In this document: piece by piece, positions 23,683-36,920 of the stretch
Layout of the letters: each line of letters opens with the position of its first letter
Position numbering within the stretch: position 1 is the first letter of the stretch
Assembly: GCA_963575745.1 (NCBI GenBank)
Contig: CAUYUJ010000105.1
Span: 1 to 64,000 of the forward strand
Reading direction: 5' to 3'
Source: Prorocentrum cordatum
Lineage: Eukaryota
DNA length: 64,000 nt
Notes under the pieces: model-generated
Told to the model about the DNA's origin: nothing
The model's input: only the letters and a program-made list of their open reading frames with translations
Databases searched by the model: none
Position numbers and translations under genes: made by a program

Positions 23683-26600
23683 ATCCCTCAAAAATACGAG
23701 ACCCTCCGTCGGCCATGCAAACAGAACATCCGACAAACAAGAAAAACACCAGGGCACCCTCCCCGGACCGACCTCGATCTTATACCTCGGTCAGACTGCA
23801 CTCGGACCCCATCTGGGAGGCCGAGAACCCCGCTCCAGAGCTCCACCGTCGCCACAGCCAACCGCCACCGTCACCACCTCCGCAGCCGCGCCCGTTCCTT
23901 CGCTCCCTCCGCCCATGCCGCCAAGGATACCCCTGCTCGTCCCAAGATATTGCCTCGATGCTCCTCCTCCTCCTCCTCCTCCTCCTCCTCCTCCTCCTCC
24001 TCCTCCTCCTCCTCCTCCTCCTCCTCCTCCTCCTCCTCTTCCTCCTCCTCCTCCTCCTCCTCCTCCTCCTCCTCCTCCCCCCTCCTCCTCCTCCTCCTCC
24101 CCCTCCTCCTCCTCCCCCTTCTACGCACGACTCAAAAGAAAAAGGGGCATACGTCCCTCAGTCCTGCTTGAAACTGAACGGGGGGCCCATCGGAGCAAGA
24201 CATTGTTGCCACCGTGTCTGGGCTTGACGCACCCAGACAAGGGCCAGCGACAGGGCCCCCCCTTCCCAAAACTCCCGACAGGCCTGAGCGCCTGCAACTA
24301 CATCTCTCGGCCTCCAGGGCTCCGCGAGAGGGATCCAGGACTTGCCCGTGAGATAGCTGCCCTCGGCAAGACCCTTCAACGCACGGCGACAGGCGGTGGG
24401 ACGCTGGCTGCAAGGTTCCCTGAAGGAGGCCTGAAGCGCGACACCTCCCGCCCCACAACTCGCGCAGACGATACCCTTCACGCCATTGGACAGCGCAAAG
24501 GGAAAGGCACGATGGGAAACGCGGCCGTCGCCGCGGAGCGAGGCGAGCATAACATCAGCACGTGACAGCACGGGCGGCACCACAGGCTTAGGCTCAGGCT
24601 TAGGCACGTGCAAAGCGTCAAGATCGGCAATCTTGACGCCAATCCTACCCGCCCAGGAGGTGAGGAACTGAACGACCTTAGCCTGCCTTCGATTGTTGTC
24701 ACGATAGGCAAGCGACACTCGAGAGAAAGCAGCGGCCTCCTCGGCCGCCTCGCCAGCGAGCTGGTTGCCCGCCCGCGCACACGCAGTGAAAATGCCACGG
24801 GCGAGATCAACACAGGTGGCGTGGGCCTTCTGCAGCCGAAGACACTCCATCCCCCCCCCCCATCCTCGAGGTAGGCCCACACCATCACCCAGATGTCTGC
24901 CCAGGCCGACTTGGCCTAGAAAGGAAAAAAATCGCGCCTGGCAACACCGCCATACACAAACATGGAGTCAGTCCAAAAGGCGGCCCCAAGGATTGCAAGA
25001 CGCAGGCCAACCAGAAAGTACATAGCTCACGCGCATCGATATCGTGGATACCTGCGGGAAGGCCCCCAGCCACGACAGCGGCCGCCACGGGTCCATCATC
25101 TCCCAGCGCCACTAGAGCCAGGCGGGGGGGAGGTCCCCGTCCAGGGGACTCCCGTCCATGAAGATGCCCTCATTCAACTTGCCTGGATGTCCACGGGTCC
25201 CAACCTCCGACGGGGGAGGAGGAGGAGAGGGAGGAGCAGGAGGGGCGGCAGGCAGCGGCGCCAGCAGCCCCTCGGCGAGGAGACGGACAGGGGGGGTGAC
25301 CACTGGCTTGCAGGAGCGCAGCTGCTACTGCTGGTGTTTCTGACTCGAAAACCTGTTCGTGCCCAGGACACGCGAGATGGCGATGCATGAGCGTGCCAGG
25401 CGCATGCTGACAGATCTGACACTCGGCAAAATCATAGCTGCAGCTCCGCCTGCCGCGCCTGCGGCCACTCCCCCCCGCCCCCCCGACACGACCGAAATGA
25501 CGCGCGCCATTTCACGCGCTGCGAGTGGGCGCACGCCAGCAAGAACGGGAGCGATAAAGAGTCCTCGCTCAAAACAAGACTGTCGAGATGCTCGGCGACC
25601 CTGCGCCGACGCCAAGCATCGACGACGCGCGCGAGGGCGACACCGAACGAACGCGGGCAGAAGTCGAACGGTGGAAGCATCCGACCACCTGGCGACGCCA
25701 CCTGAGGCCATCGATCTGAATGCCAAGGCGAAGGACACCACTGCTTGTGCGCCCCCCCCCGCGCGGCCGCCCTCGTCCTCCCCCCCCCCCCCTTGCACGC
25801 CAGACAATTCGCCTTTTCGGTGGCCCCGAGTAGCCGCGCGCTGGAGTCGCCGCCGACGGAAACATTGTCTGCGTGCCGCAGGGCCCCTTCGGGGAGGGCC
25901 GCCGAAGAAACAGCCGAGGGCAGCGGGCCGCGCGCCGCGCTGCGGCAGCGCAGGCCGCGAAGGGCCCTCGGATGGCTTTCCACGGAGAGGCGCGCCCTTC
26001 CAGGGCCTGCAGGGCATTCAGAAGCCCAGCCACGATGAAACCCCGAGGGGCCCCCGAATCCCAGATGGCGGAGGCCAGAAGGCGAAGGGAAGCGACGCGA
26101 AGCCTCCAAGCAGGCTCAATGTGCTTGACCCCTAGCAACTGCAACGTGACAGCGAGACTGCACGCTGCCCTGCAAAAATCTGGCTCGACGCAACCCCTTG
26201 CTCGAGGTGCCCCCCGACCCGTGCGAGGTGGGGGCCCGCGCGGCGGCTCGGACCACGTCGCGCGCAGCTCGCTTGCGCAACTGACCAGCCAGGGAAGCAA
26301 TCTTGCGTTGCCTAGCGACGGCAGGCTTCCTGCGCCGCCGCTTCGCGGAACGCTCGATGACCCCGCCCGCCGCGCAGTCAACCCCCGAGTTTCCCTCAGA
26401 CTGAACGGACAGAGCACGACGAGAACGAAGGGCGGCGGCGAGCTGACTTCTCAACACGGGGCGGGCGCAAGCTCGCGGCTCCTCGGACGGCCAGTTGGCG
26501 CGTGAACTTCGTCGAGCTCCTGGGCAACACGTCCGCGGGTGAACCTACTCTGCGCAAACCGACATCGCCCGCCACAGCGCCGATCTGCACGCGCCCCCGA

Positions 26601-26861
26601 GTCCGCGGCGAAAAGGCGGCCTGCGCCACGCCAAGTGGACAGGGCAGCACCATCTGAAGACAGGGTGGCGAACTGACATTCTGCGAGCAAAGCTTGCTGC
26701 GCCACAGCGGGCACGGAGCTAACGCCGGCACACTCAAGCACCCGCGGCGCAAGATGCGAGGCGACGAGCAAGCGAAGCCGCCGCAAGGGGGAGCCAGACT
26801 TCCGAGCCCGGCCCAGCAGCGCCCAGCAGGACCCCACGCCTGATGCCCCCAGGGGCTTTGC

Positions 26862-29443
26862 GCAGGCAAGCAAGCAGGCAAGCAAGCAAGCAAGAGACTG
26901 CGTGTACATAACGGCACATTAGTGCGGGAAAAAGTTAACCGCCGTTATGGAAGTACCCCTTCAAACCCGCTTCCCACTCACTCTGTAGCCTGTAGCTCAG
27001 CAGTGTGTTGAGCCTCTTTACATTGCCAGCAGCTGCGAGCGCGCGCTTGAAAGCACCCTTCGCCCAACTAGTTCTGGGCCTGCCGCGGCGCCTTTGGCCC
27101 GCCGGCTCTCCAGGCTGCAATGACAAGCACTCGGGGTCGAAAACGCCCTGCCTCAATGCGTCGGTCGCGCGTCGCCTGGCCAGCGCCCCCATGAACTTGA
27201 GCTGCCTCTCCGACAACATGCTGCTCATACGCTGAGCACCAGCTTGCTGTAGAACCGAGGCGTCGGCCACATGGCTGTAATATGAGAACGGTATGTTCAT
27301 GATTCCTCCTAAGCACCTGCTCTGAAACCCATCGATCTCCTGGGCCTCCGCGGCGGGCAGCAACAGCGAGCGCAGGTTGCACAGAAGCTTGCCGACAACG
27401 CAAGCGTTGAAAATCTCCAGCTTTCTAGCGCGAGAAATTACGGAGTGGGACCAGATGCGGCGTAGTTGATCAAATTATTCCCGCACAGCTCCAATTCGGC
27501 GATCGAGCTCTGATCCGGACGCCCCGTCAGATGTGATCGCGCAGCCCAGGTAAACAAGTTTACCTATCGGTTGGACTGCCGACAAGGATGCTAGCGACGC
27601 CCGCGGAGGAAACGAGCTCCAACTTCTCCCAGTTGAAACTCAAGCCGTAGACGCTGCCCGCTCGTCGCACGCAGCGCATGCACTTCTCTACGCTGCCGAT
27701 GTCAACGTCGATAGGAGGAGCGTCGTCTGCATAAAGGGTCTCATTGGCATACGTATTGGTACAAAGGTGCGTCCCACATGCTTTCAGTAGCTCCTTGGCG
27801 GCGGTGATGAGGACCGCCATGGCCATGCTGGAAGGTACGGGGACAACGGGCAACCCTGGCAGATTCCGCGGCGTTGCCTCCCGCGGCCCGATTGCCTGCC
27901 TGCGTCAGATATAACGAAGCAGCGATTCGCATAGACCACCTCGATGCACCGCAGGAATGTGGCTGACAGACCAAATCTCTTCAACGACTGACATAATGCC
28001 TCTGGCGCGATCGAGTCAAAAGCCTCGGCCCCATCGAGGGCTAGAAGCACCAACCGCTTATCCTGCATTGCATTCGCCTCCTCAACGATCCTGCGGACGA
28101 GGAAGACCGCATCGAGGGTGCCACGACCAGGGCGAAAACAACTGGGCGTCCCAATTGCGCACGTCATCACCAGCTCTGATCAACCGCTGCAGTAAAATCG
28201 ATGCAAACAGCTTGTATCTGACCTGTAGATGCGAAATAGGTCTATAATCCCCACAATTGGCAACATCACCCTCCCTGAAAATCATGGCGACACGCGCCTC
28301 GCGCCATTTCTTTGGCACTGCTCCGTGCGACCAACATGTCCGACAAAGTTCCAATGCCCACCGGCACGCTCTACTTCCTCTCCTTCAAATCTGCTCCCAA
28401 AATTATGGGGGCAGGTCGTCGCTCCCGGCTGCCTAGCGGACATTGAGCTTTGCCGCCGCCGTCACAATCTCGCCCTCGGATACGTCGCGCAAGTCGACGT
28501 CAAGCTCGGGGCCCCAAACAAGAGTCGGCAATAACCGGCTCCAAAGGCCGCACTGCCCATTGCGCCTTCTCCAAGTACTCGGCCAGCGTGTCTGCCCGCT
28601 CCTCTGAACTGACAAGACGACCTTGCATATCCTTCAACCGCCCATGTCTGTGGCGCACGCCTTCGCGGAGAGATTTGACTTGGTCCCACGGCCCTTTTTC
28701 CGACAGGGATGTGAGCCATTGATCATTATCTGTCTTGACAGACTGTTCTACCTCACGGTTCAAAGCTCGTTCGAGAAGCAAATTGCCATTGCGTCTCGCC
28801 TCCGACCTGCTGTCGATTAGCCCCAGCGCGCGTCCGCTGATCCACGCTCGGCGAGGGGTGGCCTGCACAACGGGCAACGTCTGTTCAGCAGCGCGGAGCA
28901 TACATGTCGTAATACGCGAAGTGAGCCAATCGAGATCCTGCAGGTCCGCGCCACGATCCTCCCCATTCTCCTCCGTCTCCATCAAGTGCTCAAAACGCGA
29001 GCGGAAAGCCCTTGTCGTTTAAGCTGCTCCTGTCGGGCCTGGGGCCTCGAGTCCGCGGCGCCCCCTTCGCCGGCACAGCGTCCAGCTCTGCAGCGACAAG
29101 GAAATGGTGCGAAGGAAGGGCCAACTGCTAGTGAGAGCTCACCGCACACGCCAAGCGAAGGCTACCCTGCGGAACGAATACGAAGTCCAGCTGCCCAAAA
29201 TGCTTGAAGTCCAATGCGGCATGCGGGTGCAACCCCACGCTGTAGCATGCAACTTGGTTCTTGGGCGCCGATGCGAAGAACGCGTTACCCACGGCCAGCG
29301 TCGAAGTAGCGCAAAGCTCCATCAAAAGACTTCGATTCGAATCGGCGCTGCGCGCTGCCGTCGGGCTGCCAAAAACACGCCCCCCTATATGTTTTCTTCA
29401 CCAGACTGTCGCACGGAAATGAAATTGGACAGGCCGGAATAGA
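26862..29443 (-). mobile_element. LINE-B: 5'-truncated RTE-like LINE (partial APE plus RT) nested in LINE-A
   Basis: QLDFVFV..SHHFLV; YRPISHL; LALDGAEAFD; GICQGCPLSPYL; YADD (27733-27722); YLG; RRRGRPRTSW; (CTTG/CCTG)n tail at 26862-26894. Confidence 0.92.
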
Positions 29444-29866
29444 AGTTAGATCGAGCAAAACGGCGCCTGCACAGAGCCCCCCAGTGACAGCCCACTCCGA
29501 AAATGCCGCTGGGGCCCTAGCGAGCCGCTGCGACCCCTGCCCGCGGTCGACCGCCATACCTCACGAAAGTTGCATTGCTGTCATTTCCAGAGCAAGGGCC
29601 TGGAAGACGCCCCTGCATTCGCGCACTCACGTGAATCAAAGCACTGGGTCGCCAACCTCCTGCACGCTTGGTGAGAAACGCAATCTTATTCCACATGGTG
29701 GACCAGCACATCGCGCCCCCAATGAGACAGATGAGCCCCCGCAAGAGTTTGGGCCCCTCGTCGCAGAGCTCAAGACGCTGACGCGGTCTGACCTGCTCAA
29801 AGCCAGCGCCTGAGGCGACCTCGAAGACTTCAAACGCGCACACAGCTCATCTAAGGATTATGATCA

Positions 29867-31451
29867 TGGCGAAGAACCCAACCGCATGCAGTTGTGAATA
29901 CCGCCGTTGCGGGCATCGCCTTCGGGGGATCTCCTCACGGGGCCATGACGCATGCGAAAGGTGTGCCGGCGTGGGGCGGGGCCGCCACGCAGGCGCTGCC
30001 ACTGGTGCTTTAGGCGGACCGCGCTACGGACCCGCGACAAGTGCGAGGGGCGCGCCGCAGCGGGGCGGGGCCGTGACTGGGGCTTTCGGCGGGGCTCCCT
30101 ATGGGGCAACAAAACGATGTAATGGGTGGGGAAACGCATGCGAGTACAGCAACCGAGGCCTTCGGCGCAGCCCCCCATGAGGCCACGAAACGCTGTGCTG
30201 GGTGGGGAAACGCATACACACACCGCCACTGGGGTCTTCGTTGGAGCTCCTATGGGGCCACGAAACGCTGCACTGGGCGGGGGTGGCGCATGCGAGTGCG
30301 TCCACTGGGGCCTCCCGTTGAGCTCCCTGTGAGGGGTGACGCATGCGGGCGGCGCCGCTGGGGCCTTCGGCCAGGCCCCCTATGGGGCCAAGAACCGCAA
30401 TACTGGGTGGGTGTGACGCGCGCGGCCGGTGCCACTGAGGCCTCCGGTGGACCTCCCCATGGAGGCACGAAGCGCAACACCGGGCGGGGGTGGCGCATGC
30501 GGGCGGCGTCACTGGAGAGGCCCCATATGGGGCCACGAAACGCTGCACTGGGAAGGGGGCGACGCACGCGGGCGGTGCCACTGGAATCTTCGGCGCGCCC
30601 CCTCTGGGGCCACGAAACGCTGCACTGGGCGGGGGCGACGCATGCAGGCGGTGCCACAGCAGCCTTCGGTGTGCCCCCTATGGGGCCACGAAGCGCTGCC
30701 CTGGGAGGGGGCGACGCATGCGGGCGGTGCCGCTGGGGCCTTCGGTCAAGCTCCCTATGGGGCCGCGAAACGCTGCACTGGGTGGGGGTGACGCACGCGG
30801 GCGGTGCCACTGGGGCCTTCGGCGGGGCTCCGTATGGGGCCACGAAACGTTGCACTGGGTGGGGGACGGCGCATGCGGGCGGTGCCACAGCGGCCTTCGA
30901 TGGAGCCCCCCATGGGTCCACGAAGCGCTGCGCTGGGCGTGGCGGACACACGCGGGCGGTAACACTGGGGCCTTCGGTGGAGCTCCTGGTGGGGCCACGA
31001 AACACTGTATTGGGTGGGATTGACGCATGCGGGCGGTGCCGCTGGGGCCTTCGGTCAAGCCCCCCATGGGGCCGCGAAACGCTGCACTGGGTGGGGGCGA
31101 CGCGTGCCGGCGGCGCCACTGGGGATTTCGGCGGGGCTCCCTATGGGGCCACGAAACGCTGCACCGGGTGGGGGGCGACGCATGCGGGCGGCGCCACTGG
31201 GGCCTTCAGTGGAGCTCCCTCGGGGGCCACGACGCGAAACGTGTAAGGGGTTTGCCGAAATACGCGTGGGTGACGCACGCGGGCGGCGCCGCTGGGGCCT
31301 TCGGTCAAGCCCCCTTATGGGGCCACGAAACGCTGCACTGGGCGGGTGAAACGCAGGGACGAGGGAGGAGGGGAAGGAGGAGGAGAGGAGGAGTGAGGAC
31401 GCGGGGCACTCCCCCTTCAAAACGAGGACCCAACACCACAGGATGATTGGA
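29867..31451 (+). mobile_element. Non-autonomous element with internal ~79-80-bp tandem array (copy 1), inserted in LINE-A
   Basis: Termini TGGCGAAG(A/G)ACCCAACC.CATGCAGTTGTGA and TTCAAAACGAGGACCCAACACC.CAGGATG.TTGG are shared with 41893-43151. Unit core is GGGGCCACGAAACG. Confidence 0.85.
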
Positions 31452-32852
31452 CAAAAAATCTGGCAAAGGCGGCCCCATGCCGTCGGGCCACTGCAGACGA
31501 CCCCCCTCGTCCAACCCTCCAGAACGAATTCCGCCCCTCCGCGAGCAGCTGCATCTCGTGCTGCTGCGAAGCGGGAGCGGCGCGAGTAGCGCCGTCTGCC
31601 TGAACGGCGGGGCCGGAGCACCAGGGGGCGGGGGGCTTGCCGACGGCGCAAACCGCCCCGCCTCCAGCGCCACTGCCCGCGCGGACCCGGGGCCCCCAGT
31701 CCTGGCCACGCTTGCGCTCGGCTGTTTCTTGCTGCAGATCCGCTGATGCGCGAGCGCGAGTGCGCAAAAAACTTACGACTGACCCATCCACGCTGGAAGC
31801 TGACTGCAACAATACGCGCCATCCTCCGACATAGTCTGCAAGCAGCCTGTCTGCAGAGGCGACGCGCTGCCACGAAACCAAATAGCGAGAGCCGAGGCGC
31901 GCGGGTTTAACAGCGCGCGGGGGGCTGTCGCACGACGGCGCCTCGCGGCGAGCGGCGACGCCCGCCCTACGCACTGCTGCTGCTGGTCGTCGGGGACCCA
32001 GTAGATCTCGACGAACTCGCGCTCCATGGTGGAGACGACCTCTGCCCGCGCCGCGCCAACGTCGGGCTACGCCCGGGCACGGGCCGCATACCTGGCAGCC
32101 TCCATGTTCAGCGGCGCGTCGAGGAGAAGGCCTCGCACACGCCCCCATCGAGCGCCCTCCCAGCAGCACCCTGCGGGTCGTGCTCTAGGGAAGAGCTCGG
32201 GCGAACGAACACACGGAAGCTGCGGCGTCTGCTTCGCGCCAACGAGCGAAAGCGAAACCGGCTCGCGGCCCTGCGCGCCCACGGCGCTGAGGACCTGGAT
32301 CAAACTACCGTACTGGAGCCCACTCACTGGACCCACGTAACAATCAAGCACCCGCGGGCCTGCGCCCCGAATGCACGTCGGAATCGACGGAGCTATAAGC
32401 ACCGCCTGCAGCGACCCGGCCCAGCCCGCGCCCTGCAACTCCCCCGGGGTGATGCACCAAACTCCTACCCGCGAGAGACCGCCCCAAACTTGACGAGCAA
32501 GTGCCAATTCAACTGCGACACGCAATGCGAGTCGCGAATATGCACGCTCACGCGCAGGAGCCCGCCCAGGCGCGCCACGGACAGATGCAACAAGCTAATG
32601 CGAGCCGTCTCAGTGCAGAAGCCTTGATCCAGTAACTCTGCCATATCAATACGTCTCGGCTCCAGTTGAAAGAGACCTCCAGCAGCGCCGCCGCTCACCG
32701 CGACCGACGCTGGAAGACCCTTGGCCGACCAGTCCATCATCCTTAGTCGGGCTTCCCAGTCTTGCACCTGCGCCACATGCCCCCGGTGATGCCACTGGAC
32801 ACAGACCGCCGCAGGACTCGAGAATCGGTCGCGCCTCCAACGCCGTAGCGGG

Positions 32853-33888
32853 CTAGGAGCTTGACGCAGCCATGCGATCCCGCTTGGACTGGCGCTCCTG
32901 CACGCGGCGAACGAGGTCCTCGAGCTCGGAGCGACCGATGAGAGCTGCGCCTCGCCTGGACCGACCACCGTCGGAAGCTTCGGATTCACCGCCACCTTCT
33001 CCTTCTTCATCGACAGCCATGGCCTGGGCGGCGACGAAGTCCTTGTAGAACTGGCCTTCGGGGTCAACGAACATAGACCAATCGAGAGGCCCATGGGGCG
33101 CCGCCAGAAGCTGGTGGAACGGACTGCGCCGCCGCTGACGCACCGCCCGCAGCTGTCGCATCGGCTGCCGCAGGCGCGCCTGGCGCGGCGTCGCCCCCAT
33201 TCTCAGATGGCGGCTCGGGGCCCAGCAGTTTGGCTCGGATGGCGTCGGCAAGCTCCTCGAACTGCCGCGCCTCATCGGGCACGGCCGCGCATGGCGCCGC
33301 CGCCATGCACTCGCGCTGCGCCAGCTGCCGGTTGGGGTCGACCTCAGACTTGCCCGCCATGGCGTTGTAGGCCTCGGCGGCCTCGGCTGATGCTGATGCA
33401 GCCTGCTTCTTGAGTAACTCGAGCTGGGTGCGGCAGTTGGCCATGTGCTGCATGGCCTTGACCGCGGCCCCTTGGCTTTTGTCGCAGCGACTCTGAGCTT
33501 GCTCAATCTGATGGCGGAGCGAGTCCGCGGCCTGCCGCGCGGCCTTGGCAACGGAGACTGGGGCACCAGAGTCGAGGGCACGATTCGCCACCACGCGGGC
33601 AATCTGCTTGGCCGACCAGTCGCACGCGAGTTTGTCGAAGTCAGCTGGCGGCATCCGAACATACACCGCGACGAGCTCGTCCGTGAGCTGCTGCTGCGGC
33701 TGCTTGGGCGTCTTGGACGGTGGCCCTTTGGCCCGCGCCCCGCGAACGACACGACGCGGCTTGCCATTGCAGCCTGGCAGGGAGCCGTGAGGAGCTGAGC
33801 CACAGATGCGGCAGCTCGTGCGCCAAGAAATATCGCCTTTGCACCCGCACCTCTTGATAGTGCACGCCCAACAAGAGAAGCCATCCAT
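32853..33888 (-). pseudogene. LINE-A ORF1 (RanBP2-like Zn finger plus coiled coil), one frameshift
   Basis: WACTIKRCGCKGDISWRTSCRICG, followed by an Ala/Gln/Lys-rich helical region; continues in a second frame to the stop at 32853. Confidence 0.7.
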
Positions 33889-34020
33889 CGCACAGGCTTC
33901 GACGGAAGAAAGAATCAAACCACCAAGAAAAACGCGGAACGGTACCGTACACAGAGTGCGTGCGCGCGCACCTGCGCTCGCTGTCGGGACCGCGACGTCC
34001 CCACGCCCAAATGTCAATTA

Positions 34021-34061
34021 CCTGAGCCACCGCTACGGACTTGAGACAAAATGGCTACGGA
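34021..34061 (-). other. Tandem DinoSL relics heading LINE-A
   Basis: TCCGTAGCCATTTTGTCTCAAG (34061-34040, 21/22 match), immediately followed by the degenerate TCCGTAGCGGTGGCTCAGG (34039-34021). Confidence 0.93.
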
Positions 34062-34119
34062 CCCCTCCCCCTCCTCCTCTTCCACCTCCTCCTCCTCCTC
34101 CACCTCCGCCATTGTTTTC

Positions 34120-35000
34120 CTTCTATATAAAAATAACGTTTCCCTGTCGCACCCCTGGGCCAGTTTTTGCAGCGGGCCGCGCGTTTCGCTTTAGACTTCC
34201 TCACCACCCATGACCCTGAAGCTTCAAACTCGACAACAGCTTCACAAATCGAGGGCGGGTGGTTTTCAAAATGTAGTTCTCGCCTCAGCGCCGCGCACAT
34301 TCGTTTTCAAAATGTGCAAAGGTTTCACGGATTGAAGGCGGGTGGTTTTCAAGATGTGGCTCGCGCCTGAGCGCCGCGCACACTCGTTTTCAAAATTTGC
34401 CAGAACTTCACGGATTGAGGGCGGGTGGTTGTCAACATGTGGTTCTCGCCTTAGCGCCGCGCACATTCGTTTTCAAATGTGCGAGAACTATATTCGTTTT
34501 CAAAGTGTGCAAGGCTTTCACGGATTGTAGGCGGGTGGGTTTCAAAATGTGGTTCTTGCCTGAGCGCCGCGCACATTCATTGCCAAGATCTGCAAGAGCT
34601 CCACGGAGTGAGGGCGGCTCTTTTTCAAAATGCGGCTCTAGCCGTAGCGCCGCGCACATTCCCACTTAACTCACGGATTCCCATGAACGACGTACCAGAA
34701 ATCGCGTGTTGGAAGGATTCGCGGTTAATGAGGGCGCAACAGATACGATGATCCGCGGTAGTGAAGTCCCAAACGTGGCGTTCTGGCACAATTCAGGATC
34801 GTCAAGACGCAACGGTCAGGTTTACCCAAGGCGTTGGGATACGTGGAACAATGTTTTGGCATGTTTCAAGGTCTTCCAACGGTTGTCTTCCAACGAGGCA
34901 GGTCCCTCTGTGAAAAAGAACCGCTGAATGTTGCCTATGAAGACGGAGCTTGGAAGGAGGACTTCTTCTGACATCGTTGGTGGCTGTTGGGTGTACACTA
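34120..35000 (-). mobile_element. Dispersed repeat with 83-bp tandem units (copy 2)
   Basis: G(A)GGGCGGGTGGTT at 34251, 34334 and 34417. Inverted homologue of 856-1515. Confidence 0.75.
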
Positions 35001-35003
35001 GTC

Positions 35004-35361
35004 CCCTTCCTCCTCCTCCTCCTCGTCCTCCTCCTCTTCCTCCTCCTCCTCCTCCTCCTCCTCCTCCTCCTCCTCGTCCTCCTCCTCCTCCGCCTCCTCC
35101 TTCTCCTCCTCCGCCTCCCCCTCCCCCTCCCTCTCCGCCTCCGCCTCCGCTTCCGCCTCTACCTCCGCTTCCGCCTCCGTCTCCGCCTCCGACTTATCCC
35201 TCCCCCCGCCTCCTCGTCCTCCTCCTCCTCCTCCTCCTCCTCCTCCTCCGCCTCCTCCTCCTCCTCCTCCGCCTCCTCCTCCTGCTCCTCCTGCTCCTGT
35301 TCCTCCTGCTCCTCCGCCTCCTCCTCCTCCTCCTCCTCCTCCTCCTCCTCCTCCTCCTCAG

Positions 35362-35456
<95 letters not shown>

Positions 35457-35491
35457 ATCATCATCCATCACATCATCATCTCATCATCATC

Positions 35492-35524
<33 letters not shown>

Positions 35525-35639
35525 CATCATCATCATCATCAGCATCATCATCATCATCATCATCATATCATCATCGTCATCGTCATCATCATCTCATCAT
35601 CATCATCTCATCATCATCATCATCATCAGCATCATCATC

Positions 35640-35673
<34 letters not shown>

Positions 35674-35942
35674 TCATCATCACCATCATCAACATCATCA
35701 TCCATCATCATCATCAGCAGCAGCATCATCAGCATCATCATCGTCATCATCAGCATCAGCATCATCATCATCATCAGCAGCATCATCATCGTCATCATCA
35801 TCATCAGCAGCATCAGCAGCATCAGCATCAGCATCAGCATCAGCACCAGCCCCATCATCATCAGCATCATCATCAGCATCAGCATCAACAATATCATCAG
35901 CAGCATTAGCATCATCATCAACATCAGCATCATCATCATCAT

Positions 35943-35978
<36 letters not shown>

Positions 35979-36629
35979 AATCAGTTTCATCATCATCATC
36001 ATCAGCATCAGCATCAGCATCAGCATCATCCTCATCCTCATCCTCATCCTCATCCTCATGCTCCTCCTCTTCCGCCTCATCCTCCTCCTCCTCCTCCTCC
36101 TCCTCCTCCTCCTCTTTCTCCTCCTCGTCCTCCTCCTCCTCCTCCTCTTCCGCCTCCTCCTCCTCCTCATCCGCCTCCGCCGCCGCCTCCGCCTCCGCCT
36201 CCGCCTCCTCCTCCTCATCCTCCTCCTCCGCCTCCTCCACCTCCTGTGTTTCACGTTTCTCCATGCAAGGCCAAACCCCCAACCCGCGAACGAGCGAACA
36301 TCGGGCCCAGTTTAAAGGGAGCGACAGCGGGCCTGGGCGAAGTCGGGGCTGCTGGCCTCCCAGCAGCAACCCGACCCCACCCAAGCTCACGCCAGTCGCG
36401 CTGGGGGGGGGGGGGGAACTCCGACCAAAAGAAGACCTTGCTGGACGGGTGCTTCCCCTCGCGGGGCATCTTGAGGCTCCGCATCACATCTTTATTGTGT
36501 GTGACCGATACACTTGGCAACTAAATACTGCGATCTGCTCATCAGCCTCCCCCTCCTCCTCCTCCTCCTCCACCTCCTCCTCCTCCTCCTCCTCCTCCTC
36601 CGCCTCCGCATCAGCAGCATCCTCATCAA

Positions 36630-36661
<32 letters not shown>

Positions 36662-36662
36662 G

Positions 36663-36706
<44 letters not shown>

Positions 36707-36747
36707 GCATCATCATCATCAGCATCAGCATCACATCACATCATCAG

Positions 36748-36799
<52 letters not shown>

Positions 36800-36846
36800 G
36801 TAATCATCATCATCATCATCATCATAATCATCAGCATCATCATCAG

Positions 36847-36881
<35 letters not shown>

Positions 36882-36888
36882 GCATCAG

Positions 36889-36920
<32 letters not shown>

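Larger units (their letters stand above)
24125..34061 (-). mobile_element. LINE-A: full-length SL-headed LINE (ORF1 Zn finger/coiled coil; ORF2 APE-RT-RNase H-Zn knuckle), decayed, with two nested insertions
   Basis: Domains in order on the minus strand: SL (34061); ORF1; APE-like VCVQWHH..GGAAGG..PTC..RVLDCYV (32830-32250); RT FLTKRAGGWRP..VLLDL (29700-29445) resuming KAPGGIRR..APRVLEC..QFAT (26860-26650); RNase H IFMDGS..AREL..KAHAT..GNQLA (25165-24750); CASCGA knuckle (~24450). (CCT)n on both flanks. Confidence 0.85.
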
